From contig JAVECO010000004.1 of the NCBI GenBank assembly GCA_051942205.1, forward strand, positions 62,001 through 126,000: DNA of 64,000 bases, given 5' to 3'. Positions within the stretch are counted from its first letter, which is position 1. Each line of letters starts with the position of its first letter. Both the position numbers and the translations under genes were made by a program. Shown in pieces: positions 32,599 through 45,415 of the stretch. Under the pieces are notes generated by a model. That model did no database searches, was not told the DNA's origin, and was given only the letters and a program-made list of their open reading frames with translations. The DNA comes from Coniocarpon cinnabarinum (taxonomy: Eukaryota).

Positions 32599-35500
32599 TC
32601 ACTTCGTTGCGTCGCCCGTCTTCTGGCTCGCCTGCCGCTGCATCTGCTTCATCTTCTTCTTGTGCAGCTCGGCGATGTCACCACTTCTCATCTTCTGGTC
32701 CATCACGCTATCCCGCATCCGCTGATCCATCTCCTTCTTCCGAATCTCTTCGCCTTGCCGCCGCTGTGATTCGAGCATCTGCTGCCGGTTCGCTTCAAGC
32801 TTGAGGTTGGGTGCTGCGAATGCTGGTTGACTTGAGGTCGGCTGCATCGAAGCACGCCATGATGCTAAACGTGATTCTCGGGTGGCAGGGTCCACTGTCG
32901 ATCCCCGCTGTGGTTGGTGTGCATCATATGGTCGACCACCAGAGCCAGCATTCGCGGCTGAAACCGTGTTGTAGGCAATGTTAGCATGGTTGGGGTTGGA
33001 GGTTGCTCGGTTGAGCTGGTAGTGTTGAGAAGGTTGCATAGATGACACGCGCTTCTCTTTTAATGTGGCTCGCCGCTGAGCTAGCGGCATATCATCGTCC
33101 TCTTTCGCAAGCTGCATATTCGACTTGGTTGCATTCGGGGTCGCTAGCTCACCCGAGGAAGGTTCAGAGCTCAGGCCGGCTGTGTGAACGGTCGAGGTAG
33201 ATGCCTCGGGCAATGCAAAACTCATGGTTGACATACGCCCCTTCAATTTGTCTTCCCTCAATCGGATGAGATTGTCCTTGCTCTGTGTATTTTGTACGGT
33301 CTTAAGCAGCTGCTGAGACGACCGAGAGCCGGCAGCCTTTTGCGTTGGACTTGCAAGAGACTCTTCACTTTGTGATTCGCGCACGGTTTGATTGAGCAAG
33401 TTGCTCGAAGAACTGCGTATGTTCACATCTGGTTTGCTTGCTGCCGGAGTTGCGGCCGGGCGCTTGTTAGACGAGTAATTGTTAAAGGAACTGTAAACAG
33501 GGACCGCAGGTCCAGATGACATACGAGATAGATTAGGCTGGGCTTGACTGGACGTAGATCGATTCATTTCAGGCTTGTTGCGGTACGGGGTTTTGGACGA
33601 GCTTTTCTTGGATTTAACTTGCTGAGGCGTAGACGCTGTTTGCTGCAACGAGTGCACATCAACTGGCGCTGCAATCTCTCTGCCGTAGTCGACAGTGACC
33701 CCAGCTTCGGATGGTGGTGCGAGTTCGTCATATTCCGGCATCTCCGCGAGGGCTTGATGTTTTGCCCACTCATTGGTCCGATAGAGGCCAACAGTCTGAG
33801 ATTGACCCTCGGGTAGTACATCTTTGGTCAACGCGGGTGGCGTGTTTTCCTTTTTGGCATTTGAATCGTTCGACTGAGACCGCGGCCGCGTTGTGACAAT
33901 TGCGGGAGTGTCGACATTTTCCATAGACTGCTCCGGCTTGGGTAGATTTGCTAGGCTGCCAAGCAAAGATTGTGGTTTGTCGCTAGGAAGTTGCATGGAG
34001 TGCCGACGATTGGTATCTGGGTCAGCGCTTGCTTTGTCATCAGCTGCTCTAGATGACAGCTCTACGAGATCCCCTGCTGATTGATTGCGCTGGTGAAGCG
34101 TCTGCTGCAAGTCGCCAGAATTTTGCTTTTCATCTGTTGGTGGCAATGGCGTCCCCGAGCGAGAAAGAGCAGGCAGGCTGCCATCGTGGCTGCTGATGCC
34201 GTCAAGGGTCGCTGCCAACGAGGAACGTGCATCGTCAACATGTGGGACATCAAACCCCATTGTGGGACCAGAAGCACGTTTGAGTTTGCGACCAGCCAGA
34301 GGCCCTCGATCCTTCGTGCCAGCATGGAGGACTTCGTCGACGGCCATCGATTCTCCAGCTGTAGCCACCGAGCCAACCTCGTCCTCATCGTTGGCTGCAT
34401 CTCTGTTCCTGGTCTGTTCGTCGGTCGGCACCGTGAATGGAAGGGGCTTCACAGCTGGACCGGCCTCTTGCGCCTCAGAAGATTGATCACTTACGCTCCC
34501 ATTCCTGCTAGGTGTCTCGGAAATCTTTTCCAAGGCTTTAAGCGTTTCCGGATTGCTTTGCTTGGTTCGGTGTCCTTCGGCAGGGAGCGGCTCCGAGGAT
34601 GTCGCAGGTTGCGCTATGTCCTTATTCTGGCCATGTGCCGAGGATGCCGCTTCACTTGTTCTCCTCGAGCTCGCTCCGAGAGTTCCCATTTCGATGCCAT
34701 CGCGGGTCAGATCTTTAACATTTACAGACACCTTTTTCAAGCTCGGTGGGTTGGATCCAATGGTGGACTCGCGCATAGCGCTATCCACTTGCGACTGCGA
34801 AAAGGCAGAAACACTGTCGTTCATACTCTTGTCGCCAAATTCTCGTTCCCAATGCTTACGGTCTTTATTGTGCTGCTTTGTAAATTCGCGATTCCGCTGC
34901 TCATCCAGAACGGCGCGCTCCTCTTCGTCGCGTTTGCGCTGTTCTGCGCGCTTTGCCCGTTTCTCTTTGATGATCCTCCACAGTCGCATTTGAGACATTG
35001 CACCACATACTGCAATGATCACGATTATAGCAATTTCGACTTTGATCCCCCGAGTCATGGGATACGTTTTCGTGCCGAGCGGGAAAAGCTGGTCATTCAG
35101 ATCCCAGATGTAGAGCCAAAAGTAGCCAAGTCCAGCTCGACTGAACATGTCAATCCCGAGAATGATGACGGTAGCTCCGGCGAAGGATAAGCACGCAATG
35201 AGGCCTGGTTCTCTGGTGTGGTGGCTGAATGATAATGAAAACCCTGCAGCAGCCAGCCCACAGATCACGCCAGCTCGTGCGCCAGTCGACTCTGCGATTC
35301 CACCGCTTTTCAGGGTCATTATCCACATGCCAAAGCAGAACCCACCCAAAAGGCAACCCAAGCCCTCGACGAGGTCTTTGAATACGAGCGACGCGCCACC
35401 AAGAATGCATGCTGGGACGAAAGCCGCAACAAAGTAGGCTCCTTGTAGAGCGTTGCTGATGGGTGGGCGCGCGACGTAGTCAAGCAGGACCTAAAGTTAC

Positions 35501-36203
35501 GATCAGCTTAGCTAATACATCAGTGACACAGCCCTCGGCAGACGTACCACGATGCCTAGAGCCACGAGGTAGCACACCGAAAACGAGATGTGTAACCTAA
35601 AGCACGTTCTCAGCCCTGTGCGAGTGTTAGGAATGGAACGATCGACAAAAGCTTACCACTTGTTCTTGACGCCAATGACAGTATACACCACGCCTGAGAT
35701 GATCATGATGGCGCCAGCAATGCCCAACGCTGGAGTAATCTGCGGCTGGATGGGCAGCTGCGGTTCCTCGTGCTCGGGATGCGGTGAAGTGCCTACGAAA
35801 ATCAGCATCCCCGGCAACGAAGTCATATCAGCAAAGAGCTGTCCGTACCATTGGTCGCGGTTGGCTGCATAGAACTCGACAGCGTCGCGCTGGAAAGCAC
35901 TGGCGCATTGGAAGATGCAATGCTCTCCGTTGTCGAGGTCAACGTCGGTGTAGCAGTGACGTCTGAGCTAGAGATGGGCGACGTAGTGGACGTGGCATCA
36001 GTAGCGGTAGTTGACATCGGACTCGACGAGTCCACGGACGTCGCTGTTGGTGCATCAGACGAAGCTGGAGGTTGAGAAGAAGTAGATGAAGCCGCAGGCG
36101 CGTCTTGCCGGACGACGAGGAGACTGTCATCTGGAGCGGGAAATGCATGCGCGAGGACTGATAGGGCGCCAATGGCGAGACAGAGAGCCCGCTTGGTGAG
36201 CAT
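32599..36203 (-). CDS. TM7S3/TMEM198-like (DUF4203) multi-pass membrane protein with signal peptide, S/T-rich ectodomain and long disordered C-tail (multi-exon)
   Basis: Signal peptide MLTKRALCLAIGALSVLAHA, an S/T stretch, LPIQPQITPALG, and TM segments GCLLGGFCFGMW and SFAGATVIILGIDMFSRAGL. The tail has motifs YRTNEWAKH and DDMPLAQRR. Confidence 0.85.
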
Positions 36204-36725
36204 GGTGGGTGCACCGTGATATTAGTATTATAGGTAGCAGTAAAAAGTAAGAGTAATATTTTTTCACATTCGTCAGAAGGTCATGAGATTGAAACAAGCG
36301 CGTCACCCCATGGGATGAAGCCGGAGAGTGCTGACCTCACCGCGAGCTCGGGCTGAGCAAAAGAGCGGAAAGGGGCGCAGGGTGAGGGTGGTGGGAGGAG
36401 GGGCGGGAGAGGAGACAGAGAGAAAGAGAGAGAGGGCTGGGAGCAAATGAAGGACAGCAGCACCAGAGTTGGCCTTGAGCACTGCGGAGAAGAGAGAGGC
36501 AAGACGCATGCGGGAGATGCAGTGGTGTTGGGTGCATGCGTGAGAGGGGGACAGAAGGAGGAGGAGAAGATGCAGAGAAGCTGCACGACACGACCCGACA
36601 CGAGACGCGGCGAAAGGAGGGAGTGACGGCGTGACGGCCAAGAGGGAGTGCACGAGAGAGTGACAGAAGTGACGGTGATGCCCAGCAGGCAGGTAGGCAG
36701 ATAACCCAACGGCCCTCTAGCAGCG

Positions 36726-36755
36726 TGGCATTGGCATTGGCATTGGCATTGGCAT
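36726..36755. repeat. (TGGCAT)5 hexamer repeat (CCAAT-containing on the minus strand)
   Basis: Read directly from the sequence. Confidence 0.9.
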
Positions 36756-36842
36756 TGAGAGAAAAGGGTACTCCGTATCGAGACAGGAAAAAGGAAAAGC
36801 TGCAAGACAAGACAGCAAACGCGTGCCGGCAGCCAATCGTGG

Positions 36843-36871
36843 GCTACAGCTACAGCTACAGCTACAGCTAC
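36843..36871. repeat. (GCTACA)4-5 hexamer repeat
   Basis: Read directly from the sequence. Confidence 0.9.
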
Positions 36872-38091
36872 TGCACATCCTCATGTCCATGACTGACAGC
36901 CGTTTAAGCAGGCACGTCTCCTGTCGCGCCCTCTCGCCCTCTCCACGAGTACTCCGTATCTGCCAGCAATACTCCATGCATGCGAGACGTGCGTGAACCA
37001 GCATCCACTGCCATCCCATCCCCGCCATCACCCACGCAACCCGCCTCCCCCTGCTCGCTGCCCGCACAGACACCACCATAAATTCCATTCGGTGCAGCAG
37101 CGCCCATTTCTTAATTCTTCCCCCCTGTTTGTCCGGCTGCACGAGCGAAATTGCATATTGCATATTGCATATATCCGCAACGAGCGAGCGCTGGTCGGGA
37201 GCTAAACCCACTCCAGCCGCCTCATTTGCCGGCCGCCGTCACCGCTGTCGAGATTTGGAAGAGGTGACAGCCCACACGCCCGCAAGGGGACAGACCGATC
37301 GACGCTCCCCTCGCCTCATGATTCATTGCAGGGCATCTCCACCCTGTATTTGCGCAATGCAAGACGTGACTCAAGCTCTGCTTCGGCCATCTCGGGCCGT
37401 CACCAACTCGTCCGCACCCGCAAGGCTCCTCACTTCAGTATCAAGCTCAGTAGACATGCTCATCGAGCCCAAGACGATACCCACATAAGGTATGTACCTG
37501 GGTATGCACCACAATGACCGGCTCATCACCTCGCAAGGCTGGCGGGCCCGTCTCACGTCTCACGTCCTCGTCGGCGTCTGACCCTTTCGTGCGCATCACT
37601 GGGAGTTTGTGCTTGTTTGAGAAGCGTTGCCAGGAACAGGTCAAGCTTGCCAGATAGCCATAGCGCCCAGATCGATCTCGTCAGGAACAGTGCAAAGCGC
37701 CCGCCCTCCCTCCCGCCTCCCCGACCTCGCCTCTTCAGCATCGCGAGCTTCTCACGCTGTCGCACTGGTGCTGCGTGCGTGGCGCTCGTAACGGTTTGAC
37801 GAGGCTCCGTGGAATCATAAAGTCCAGATCCATCGGCCAATCTCGCGCACGAGCCGAGCTATAGTCTCGTCATCCACGGTCAGATCGTGGTGCTTCAGAA
37901 TGTATACAGTAGCCGCGCATGTCCTTTGTTCGTCTATGCCCCGCGGTGTGCTCTGTCGCATGCTCACTCAATAAGGCTCCGTAACAGTCAACACTTGCAA
38001 AAAGTCATTGAACAAACCCAACATCCTCAATGTTGTAGCGCCCTCGCATGCGTGGGCCTAAACGAAACGAGTGCCGCCGAGTACGCCATGT

Positions 38092-39114
38092 CTAAGCCGC
38101 AGCCACTGCGTTTCCACTGGACATTTGTCCTGCAGTCCTTGGACTGCCTTGGCGAGACACATTGTCCTGAGCTTCTTCGAGGTATTTCCCAGGTATTGGC
38201 GGTACCACTGGATATGCACCGTAAGCGCCATCATCGGTAGGTCGGCTAATGCTGTTCGACGCCGACACGTCCTGACTTTTTGCTGCGCTCCCGTTTATGC
38301 CATTTGGAAGTCGAACGCTCAACGCCCTTCTCGCAAAGGCCGTATTGCTGTTGACGTCTGCATCTGCTTGGTCGGCATCAGGCCCAATCTGCGGGTCTGG
38401 TATTTGAACATCCAAGCTCAAGTACGCTGTACGTCGCAATGGGATGATTGCAAATTCTGCGCCGTTCGCATTATTCCACTTTTCAATCCACCTATCCAGC
38501 TTCGCCAGTTCTCTCTTCACGCCCGTCAGCCCCAGATCCTCCCAAAGCCAGCCCGTTGCAAGTCCAATGCCAGCGTCCAGCCACGCGCGAAAGCTGTAAG
38601 GATCGAAGATGCGGACTAGCTCTTCATTGATGTGTGCGATGAGCTCTCTAAATTGCTGCTCCGACATAAATGGCTCAAATATTTCAGGATATATAGATGA
38701 AAATGTTGGAGCAAGGTCGCCCGCTATCGCCCAATCACGCTTAATTCGAATGAGCCTGGTGCTGTTGTAGAGAGGAGAATCGAGTGGTTGGTGAACGTTT
38801 AGATGCGGCCAACAAGGGTGACTGCTATCCCATGCCATGTGTCCGCCTTCTTCATTCTGCTCGCCATCCCCTCCTTTATTGCTCACATCGAACCCGCTTT
38901 GACGTGCAGGCGGATTGACATTAGTGAAGCTCCGCTGATATTTGCTTGATATGCTGAAGCTTCGATGTGAGACGGGCAGTGATACACGTGAATTGTTCTC
39001 GCTCTTCCGACTCAAGTATGGCCCTTGCTCAGTATCCCGAGGGATCTCCTTAGAAGGATCCGCTGTCGGGTCATTGACTTCAGCGATACCAGCAGCTCGA
39101 GCAGCGGCATCCAT
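38092..39114 (-). CDS. ERF4: Golgin A7/ERF4-domain protein (Ras palmitoyltransferase subunit-like), 340 aa
   Basis: HPCWPHLNVH, TRLIRIKRDW..GDLAPTFSSIYPEI, GLATGWLWEDLG and IIPLRRTAYLSLDVQIPDP. The ATG sits in CAACATGG context with an upstream in-frame stop. Confidence 0.82.
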   Translation of the reverse strand: MDAAARAAGIAEVNDPTADPSKEIPRDTEQGPYLSRKSENNSRVSLPVSHRSFSISSKYQRSFTNVNPPARQSGFDVSNKGGDGEQNEEGGHMAWDSSHPCWPHLNVHQPLDSPLYNSTRLIRIKRDWAIAGDLAPTFSSIYPEIFEPFMSEQQFRELIAHINEELVRIFDPYSFRAWLDAGIGLATGWLWEDLGLTGVKRELAKLDRWIEKWNNANGAEFAIIPLRRTAYLSLDVQIPDPQIGPDADQADADVNSNTAFARRALSVRLPNGINGSAAKSQDVSASNSISRPTDDGAYGAYPVVPPIPGKYLEEAQDNVSRQGSPRTAGQMSSGNAVAAA

Positions 39115-39485
39115 GTTGAACTGTCAATAGAGAAGAGTCGAGATCGAGAGAAGAGTCGAGATCGGGAGGACGCAAGAAGAGGCAAAACAAGTATGCAGAA
39201 GGACACAACTCCCAGGCTTTCGCCCCGAGATCACCAGAACATCACAGTCTGAAATCCGCAGAGCGCGTACATCTTTGACTACGTGCAAGGAGTCGCGAAT
39301 CACAGGAGCTAGTCGGACGAAGTGATCCTGGTTTAGGAAAGCTCTCGGCCGAGACGAGAGGTATCTCCTCAAGAGGGCATATGCATATCGTGGAAGTTCT
39401 ACAAAGGAATCGTGCAGCAAAAGCATCATTGGTCTCCCCTCGATCGATTACTCCTACAAATTACACTCAAGCATGAATTGTACAA

Positions 39486-41016
39486 CTACAGGTAAAGGCC
39501 CTCGGGCTCACCCTCTTGCTTCGTCTTGAGAACACGGTCTCTCGCGCTCCGCAGGTCAGACATTGTCACTTGCATGCGACGTTCCCTCAAGGCCATCAGG
39601 CCTGCTTCGGAACACATTGCCTTGATGTCGGCGCCGCTGAGCTCGTCTTTAGAGGTGACAAACTCGCCAATTTCCACATCCGGTGCGAGGCTCATCTTGC
39701 CCGTATGGAGGTTAAAGATCTTGCGCTTAGTGTTCTCATCAGGATTCTCAAACAGAATCTTGCGATCGATGCGACCAGGTCGAATGAGAGCGGGATCGAG
39801 TGTCTCTATCTTGTTTGTAGCCATGACCACTTTGACGTCACCTCGATCATCGAACCCGTCTAGTTGATTGAGCAACTCAAGCATAGTTCGTTGAATTTCG
39901 CGCTCTCCTCCAGATGTTGATTCGTAGCGCTTCGTACCAATTGCATCGATTTCGTCGATAAAGACAATGGAGGGTGCGTTCTCTGCAGCGACCTGAAAAA
40001 GCTGGCGGACCAGGCGGGGACCGTCACCAAGGTACTTTTGAATGAGCTCGGATCCCACAATACGGAGGAAGGTCGCAGACGTTTGGTTTGCAACAGCTTT
40101 TGCCAGCAGTGTCTTTCCAGTGCCGGGGCCACCGTAGAGAATAACACCTTTTGGTGGCTTGATTCCCATCTCTTCATATAGCTCAGGATGTAGCAGTGGA
40201 AGCTCCACTGCCTCGCGGACTTCTTGTATTTGCGACTCCAGACCACCGATATCCGCGTAAGACTCTGTTGGAGCTTTGTCAAGCTTCATCACCGATACCA
40301 TGGGATCCGCATCATCCGTGAGGACGCCGACGACACTGACTGTTTTGTGATGAAGAAGAATGCTTGCCCCAGGTTCCAACAAGTCCTTGTCGACGAAAGA
40401 CATGATGCTGACGTAGTATTCAGGGCCGGTTGCGCTGGAAACAATGGCATGGTCATCGTCAATCATCTCTTCCAGGTTGCCGACTCCCATCGGAGACCCG
40501 CGCATATCATCTACCCTTGACCTTTCATCGGCGTTACGGTCGAGGGCGTCTGAGTCACCACCGGCACTCGATGGCTGTGTGCTGTTTGCGGCTTTTGCCC
40601 GTCTGATCCGCTCCTGATTTTCGACGTATTCTTCTTCAAGTAAGAGATGATCGTGGACACGCTGCATTCGCAGATACCGGAGCTTGCACCGCGCTGATGG
40701 GTTGATGGGGGGAAGTTTTGCAGAAGCGTTCGGACCGCCCTGTTTGCGCTTCCTTCGACCGATGCGTGTAGTTGGAGCTGGCGGCTGCTCGTATTTGGGC
40801 TTGTCTTTCTGAAGCAAAAGTTAATCTTCCCTGGCAGCAAATACAGATCATGATCATTGGATGTAGATTCCAAGAATCATCAAGAGGTCGCCGCACCTTG
40901 TCCTTTTTATTGTTTCCATCACCAGGCGGTTGGCCGCCGCCCATGCCAGACTGACCTGCACCCTACATTATGTCAGACCCTTCAAAAAAGTAACGGTAAC
41001 GGTGGTAACAAACCAT
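39486..41016 (-). CDS. RPT2: 26S proteasome AAA-ATPase subunit Rpt2/PSMC1 (exons 41016-41014, 40962-40897, 40808-39486)
   Basis: [17 protein letters not shown], Walker [15 protein letters not shown] and C-terminal EGLYL. Splicing gives the N-terminus M|GAGQSG. Confidence 0.97.
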
Positions 41017-41502
41017 GACAGGCAGGGAATAAGTGAGGCGGAAACGATGGCCGGGTGTGCGTCAGATCAGAGGCGCGGCGAGATGTTCTAGAGTCGCAGA
41101 TGACCTGGCGGATGATAGAATGATGGACGGATTATCGACGACGGGTGGATTGACGAGCAAGAGAAGAAAAGGCTCAGGACGAACTGGGCCGTCGGAGAAT
41201 CTGCGGTAATCCCGTCTTGGCGTCACGTTTGGGCCTGTGTTTACTCGGCGGTCCGCTGGTTGCCCTGCCTCTCATAACTTTACCCATCTTCCTGACCTGC
41301 ACTCGCACCACACACCTCGAAGGACAAGACTCACTGCTAAAAAAGAACGTTGGCCTCTCCGTGTTCCGATCGATCATCTCCCCATACCTCCTGCATCCAA
41401 GGAGTTGTCGAAGAGCAAACAGGCGGTGATTCTTTAGTAAAGCTTCCAATTGCATAGGCACTGCATAAGCCATCCACCCGCTTCTACTACAACTCTCCAG
41501 GC

Positions 41503-42351
41503 ATGAGCTCGAATCGCCTGCGGCGGATAGCCAAAGAGCTCGATGACGTACGATCGGACGTCTGGTCAAAGATCCAGCTCGACCCCGCCGGCAAAGGAGA
41601 TGACATTTCACATCTGGAGGGGCGGTTCGAAGGACCACCAGATACACCTTACGAAGGGGGTAAATTTGTTGTCGATGTAAACATTCCTACAGACTACCCA
41701 TTCAAACCACCACAAATGAAGTTCGCAACCAAAATCTGGCACCCGAACGTCAGCAGCCAGACCGTATGCTGCGCTTTCGCTTATCACTTAGCATGATCAC
41801 TGACGACGTGTAGGGCGCCATATGTCTCGATACGTTGTCATCAGCGTGGTCACCTGTGCTTACTATCAAATCGGCCATGATCTCTTTGCAGGGCTTGCTG
41901 GCCTCTCCAGAGCCCAAGGATCCACAGGATGCGGAGGTAGCTGGAATGTTGCTAAAGAACAAGGCCGAGTTTGAGCATGTTGCACACGAATGGGCAGTGA
42001 AGTATGCCGGTGCTACCCCGAAAGACAAGGCCGAAGGAAGTGGAGGCACAACGCCAGAAGATCTTAGAAGGAAAGCCAAAGAAGACAAGGACAAGGAAAA
42101 AGACAACAAACCAGATGCGTAAGTCTGTCCCTGCGACAAAACACGCAAGCACTTACTGACGAGAGATCTCATGCAGATACCACGGCTACAATCCTGATCT
42201 CATCCACCGCTTCACGAGTATGGGATTTGACTTAGATTCGGTCGTAGCAGCGTTCGAGTATGTGGGAATTGATAAAAATGGAGGCGAAGACTATGAGCTT
42301 GAGGAAGAGTACATGGGTGACATCACCGCGCGCCTGTTTGGTGAGCCTTAG
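41503..42351 (+). CDS. UBC1: Ubiquitin-conjugating enzyme Ubc1/UBE2K with C-terminal UBA-like domain (exons 41503-41763, 41814-42118, 42177-42351)
   Basis: [19 protein letters not shown], the active site [29 protein letters not shown], and RFTSMGFD in the last exon. Confidence 0.95.
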
Positions 42352-45300
42352 CAAGACTGAGACAGCCTAGCACCCACTCACGATCTTACGATTGAATGTA
42401 CATGAAGCATTTGCGGTCTCGGCAGCATCGGCAGCGTGATCAACAACTCAAACTCAAAGACGTTTAACTGTATGCCCTGATACCTGTAAATCTACTGCCT
42501 TGAATGTGCAGAAGTGCTGAAGCACGATTCGGCCTACAGTGTCAGCTCATGCAATCATCTTCTGAAGATGAGACATCGGCCTGACGTTAGCATTCATCCT
42601 CGTGACATCCAACATCCTGTCTCTTTGCAACTGCTCTTTCCCCGAAATTTCTCGAATCTTTGGGATCTATTTGGGATTGGGTCAAGAGATCATTTGCTAA
42701 AAACATTCCACGTTCGACAGTGTAAACAGTCTTTGAAAGCGTATCGTGCTGTCAGTCTGTCCATCATGCATCTTTGCATCCTTCTGCGACTCTTTGCCAA
42801 GCCGAAAGGCTGCTCACTGACCTACAATCTGGCAGCAACTGACTGCTTTCAGACCTCTCTTTCATGTTGCGTCTCGCCTACCTATTTTTAAGCAGAGATG
42901 GCTTGTATCGCTGGCACCGCAGCATGACGCCACAGCATGGCTAACGCTCCCTTCACGTTCGGTTGCAAGTGCAAATTCGCATAAGAACGAATACCATCAT
43001 CACCGACCTTTCCTACAGCCTTTATGACTGACTCCCTGCCACCGCCAGATCACAGACCACAATGCAATGTGAGCTGAAGCCCAAAGCATACCATTTATGC
43101 AACTCTTGTGTTTGCAATCCCATCGCCTGTGTCCACCTAACCACAGCATGAATTGCCGCAGAACGACGAAATTGGCAAAAGAACGGCGGAGCTCATTCAA
43201 ACAACATGATCGCCTCAAAATAGACTCTGCGGCAGCTATTCACCAGTAAACTTAATGTAAGCGTGCGCGTGGAGGCAAACATCGACTTGTAACTCTAGGT
43301 TCTATCCTAAATCGCTCTACCGGTTTGGAATATTTGAATGACATTAAACAAGGACAAGTATCACCCTGCCTAAGAAGTACAACCCCGAGCACTCATCATG
43401 CATCTGCAAAGCGGTAAAGACCGGCACGAGGCCACACAATCACGACCTTTTGTTCGAAGAGACGACGCGCACTTTGTATTGATTCGGCGCGTCAATGTGT
43501 TCTAAGCGCCTCAGACACGAGCTTCGCTGGGCTTTTCCTTGCATATGACAAGTTTCGCAAAGCTAACATGGTGGCTGGCATGGCGGTGAGAAGCACAGGC
43601 ATAAAGGGGCGAAATGGGCAGAGAGTGGATCCAGTTCGACCAGAAAAGGTTGTGGCTGCACAGTGGAGCCTTTCGGACCCATCGACGACATGGGTGCCAT
43701 ATGTATGCGGTGCTCAGCAACAAAAAGCTCCGGTGCAGTGGGTACAGATCTGGCTACTCTCTCTCCAAGCGCCAGATGGCGATTGCGACCTTCATGACGA
43801 GAAGCCCGACGGGTGGCTACATGAAGTCTTCAATGCTACAGACACCCTTATGCCGGCAAATTGCGATGAAACGCAACTGCCGTCCGAGTTCGTGAACTGG
43901 TAGGAATAGTAGTCCGAAGCCTAATAAACAAGCACAAGTCATGGTCAATGCGCTCGTACATGATTTGCGACCAGATACGGAATACACAGCACCATTACGA
44001 TCTAAACTAGTCTATCCGAACATCTAGGTTTGTTCCCAGCACAGCGCCTTTGGTATACTCTTGTGCCACAGCCATTCACACTGTGATCGTCGTGGACGAG
44101 GCTTGCAGGAGGAGCGATTCGTGACGAAAAGAGCCGATCCTGCATGTCACTGGGGAAAAGCTGTCAGAAGCCGAGCGTGAAGCTGCTCAGAGTCACTCTT
44201 CAGCCTAGACTGGGGGAACATGTGCGCTCCATTCATCTCAATGCCGCACCGAACTGGAAACAGCAATCTGCCTGACGCGAGCACCCCAGCACAAAGGTCT
44301 GTCGCGTCTGTTACGAAACATGTCAGGGAGAGACGAGGGACGTTCGAAGAAGGTGTGGAGGACACTTTGGCATTGGCACCCCGGCAATGACTTGACCATG
44401 ACTCGGCGACACTGCACGCGGCGGCGTCACTAGCTCCAGCACGCCCGTCACGGATCGAGGGGCGGCCGACCGTGAAACTTCGCCCATTTATTTCCCGTCT
44501 CAGAGCGGGGGCGTATCGATTTCACGCCGACTCAGAGAAGAACAGACCGACACAGTCAATGTCTCAAGAGCAAGCCTGTGGGCATGTGCAAGCAGCCTCA
44601 GTTCTCTACAGACGCAGGTCGTCCGTCCGGCAATGCGAACTAGGGGCTCTAAAACCAACAGCTCCATGCATTCTCCGTCCCATCGCTCGAAGTGACCAAG
44701 ATCGGCAGGCTCCCAGCAAGAGCAAAGAATATCACTGGCGCAGCCAGCACTAGCGCATCCTTCCACCGTCCACTCGAGTCGACGCCTGCAACCGTGGGAT
44801 GAGTGGTCACTTTGCGCCAACCCACCCTTGTCTCTTTGGCTCTGTTCGTGCACGGCCGCCCGCCAGCCATCCCACCTCCCGCTCCCCAAACAACACCAGT
44901 TCGTCCCCAGAAAAGCTGAAACTCATCTTCACTAGGGCAGCATTGGAGAGGCATAGGGGCTGCCCAAGGTAGCGCGTGCTGTGGTATCTGCCAAACTTCA
45001 AAACCGACCCCTCCGCCTTGCAAGAGACCCTCAAAGACCCGTCGTGGTGCTGATCCTCTATCCTGCTGCCGGTGACACTAAAACGAAAGAACAACACTCT
45101 TCGTCACAACAAAACTTCCCGAGCTTCCTCTGAGGTTGTACCCGAGCCATCCTCGCCCTCCAGCCTCCCACGTCCCACAGAGGACGCCTTTCTTCGTCTA
45201 CACTCACCTTTCGGCTCCGCAGCCACTGCTCAGCTTTCTATTTCGGTCTTGTTACACCGATACACGCGTCATTCGCGAGCTGCGTGAATTAGCACACGTC

Positions 45301-45415
45301 GAGCACCAACTTCAAGTCAAGATAGCTAGCGCGAGACGTTGCGACACGGAGTCAATCAATTAGCAATCTATCAAATCAGCTGCGATTCGAAATATGCGCG
45401 TCATGCAAGATATCA

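Noticed and set aside
34081..35190. 369-aa + strand ORF
   Set aside because: Entirely antisense to the DUF4203 CDS, starts at TTG and has no motif. It is a shadow ORF.
42400..45300. Several 70-130 aa ORFs in a 3-kb gap
   Set aside because: No motifs, inconsistent strands and no supportable splice structure. Treated as intergenic/promoter DNA.
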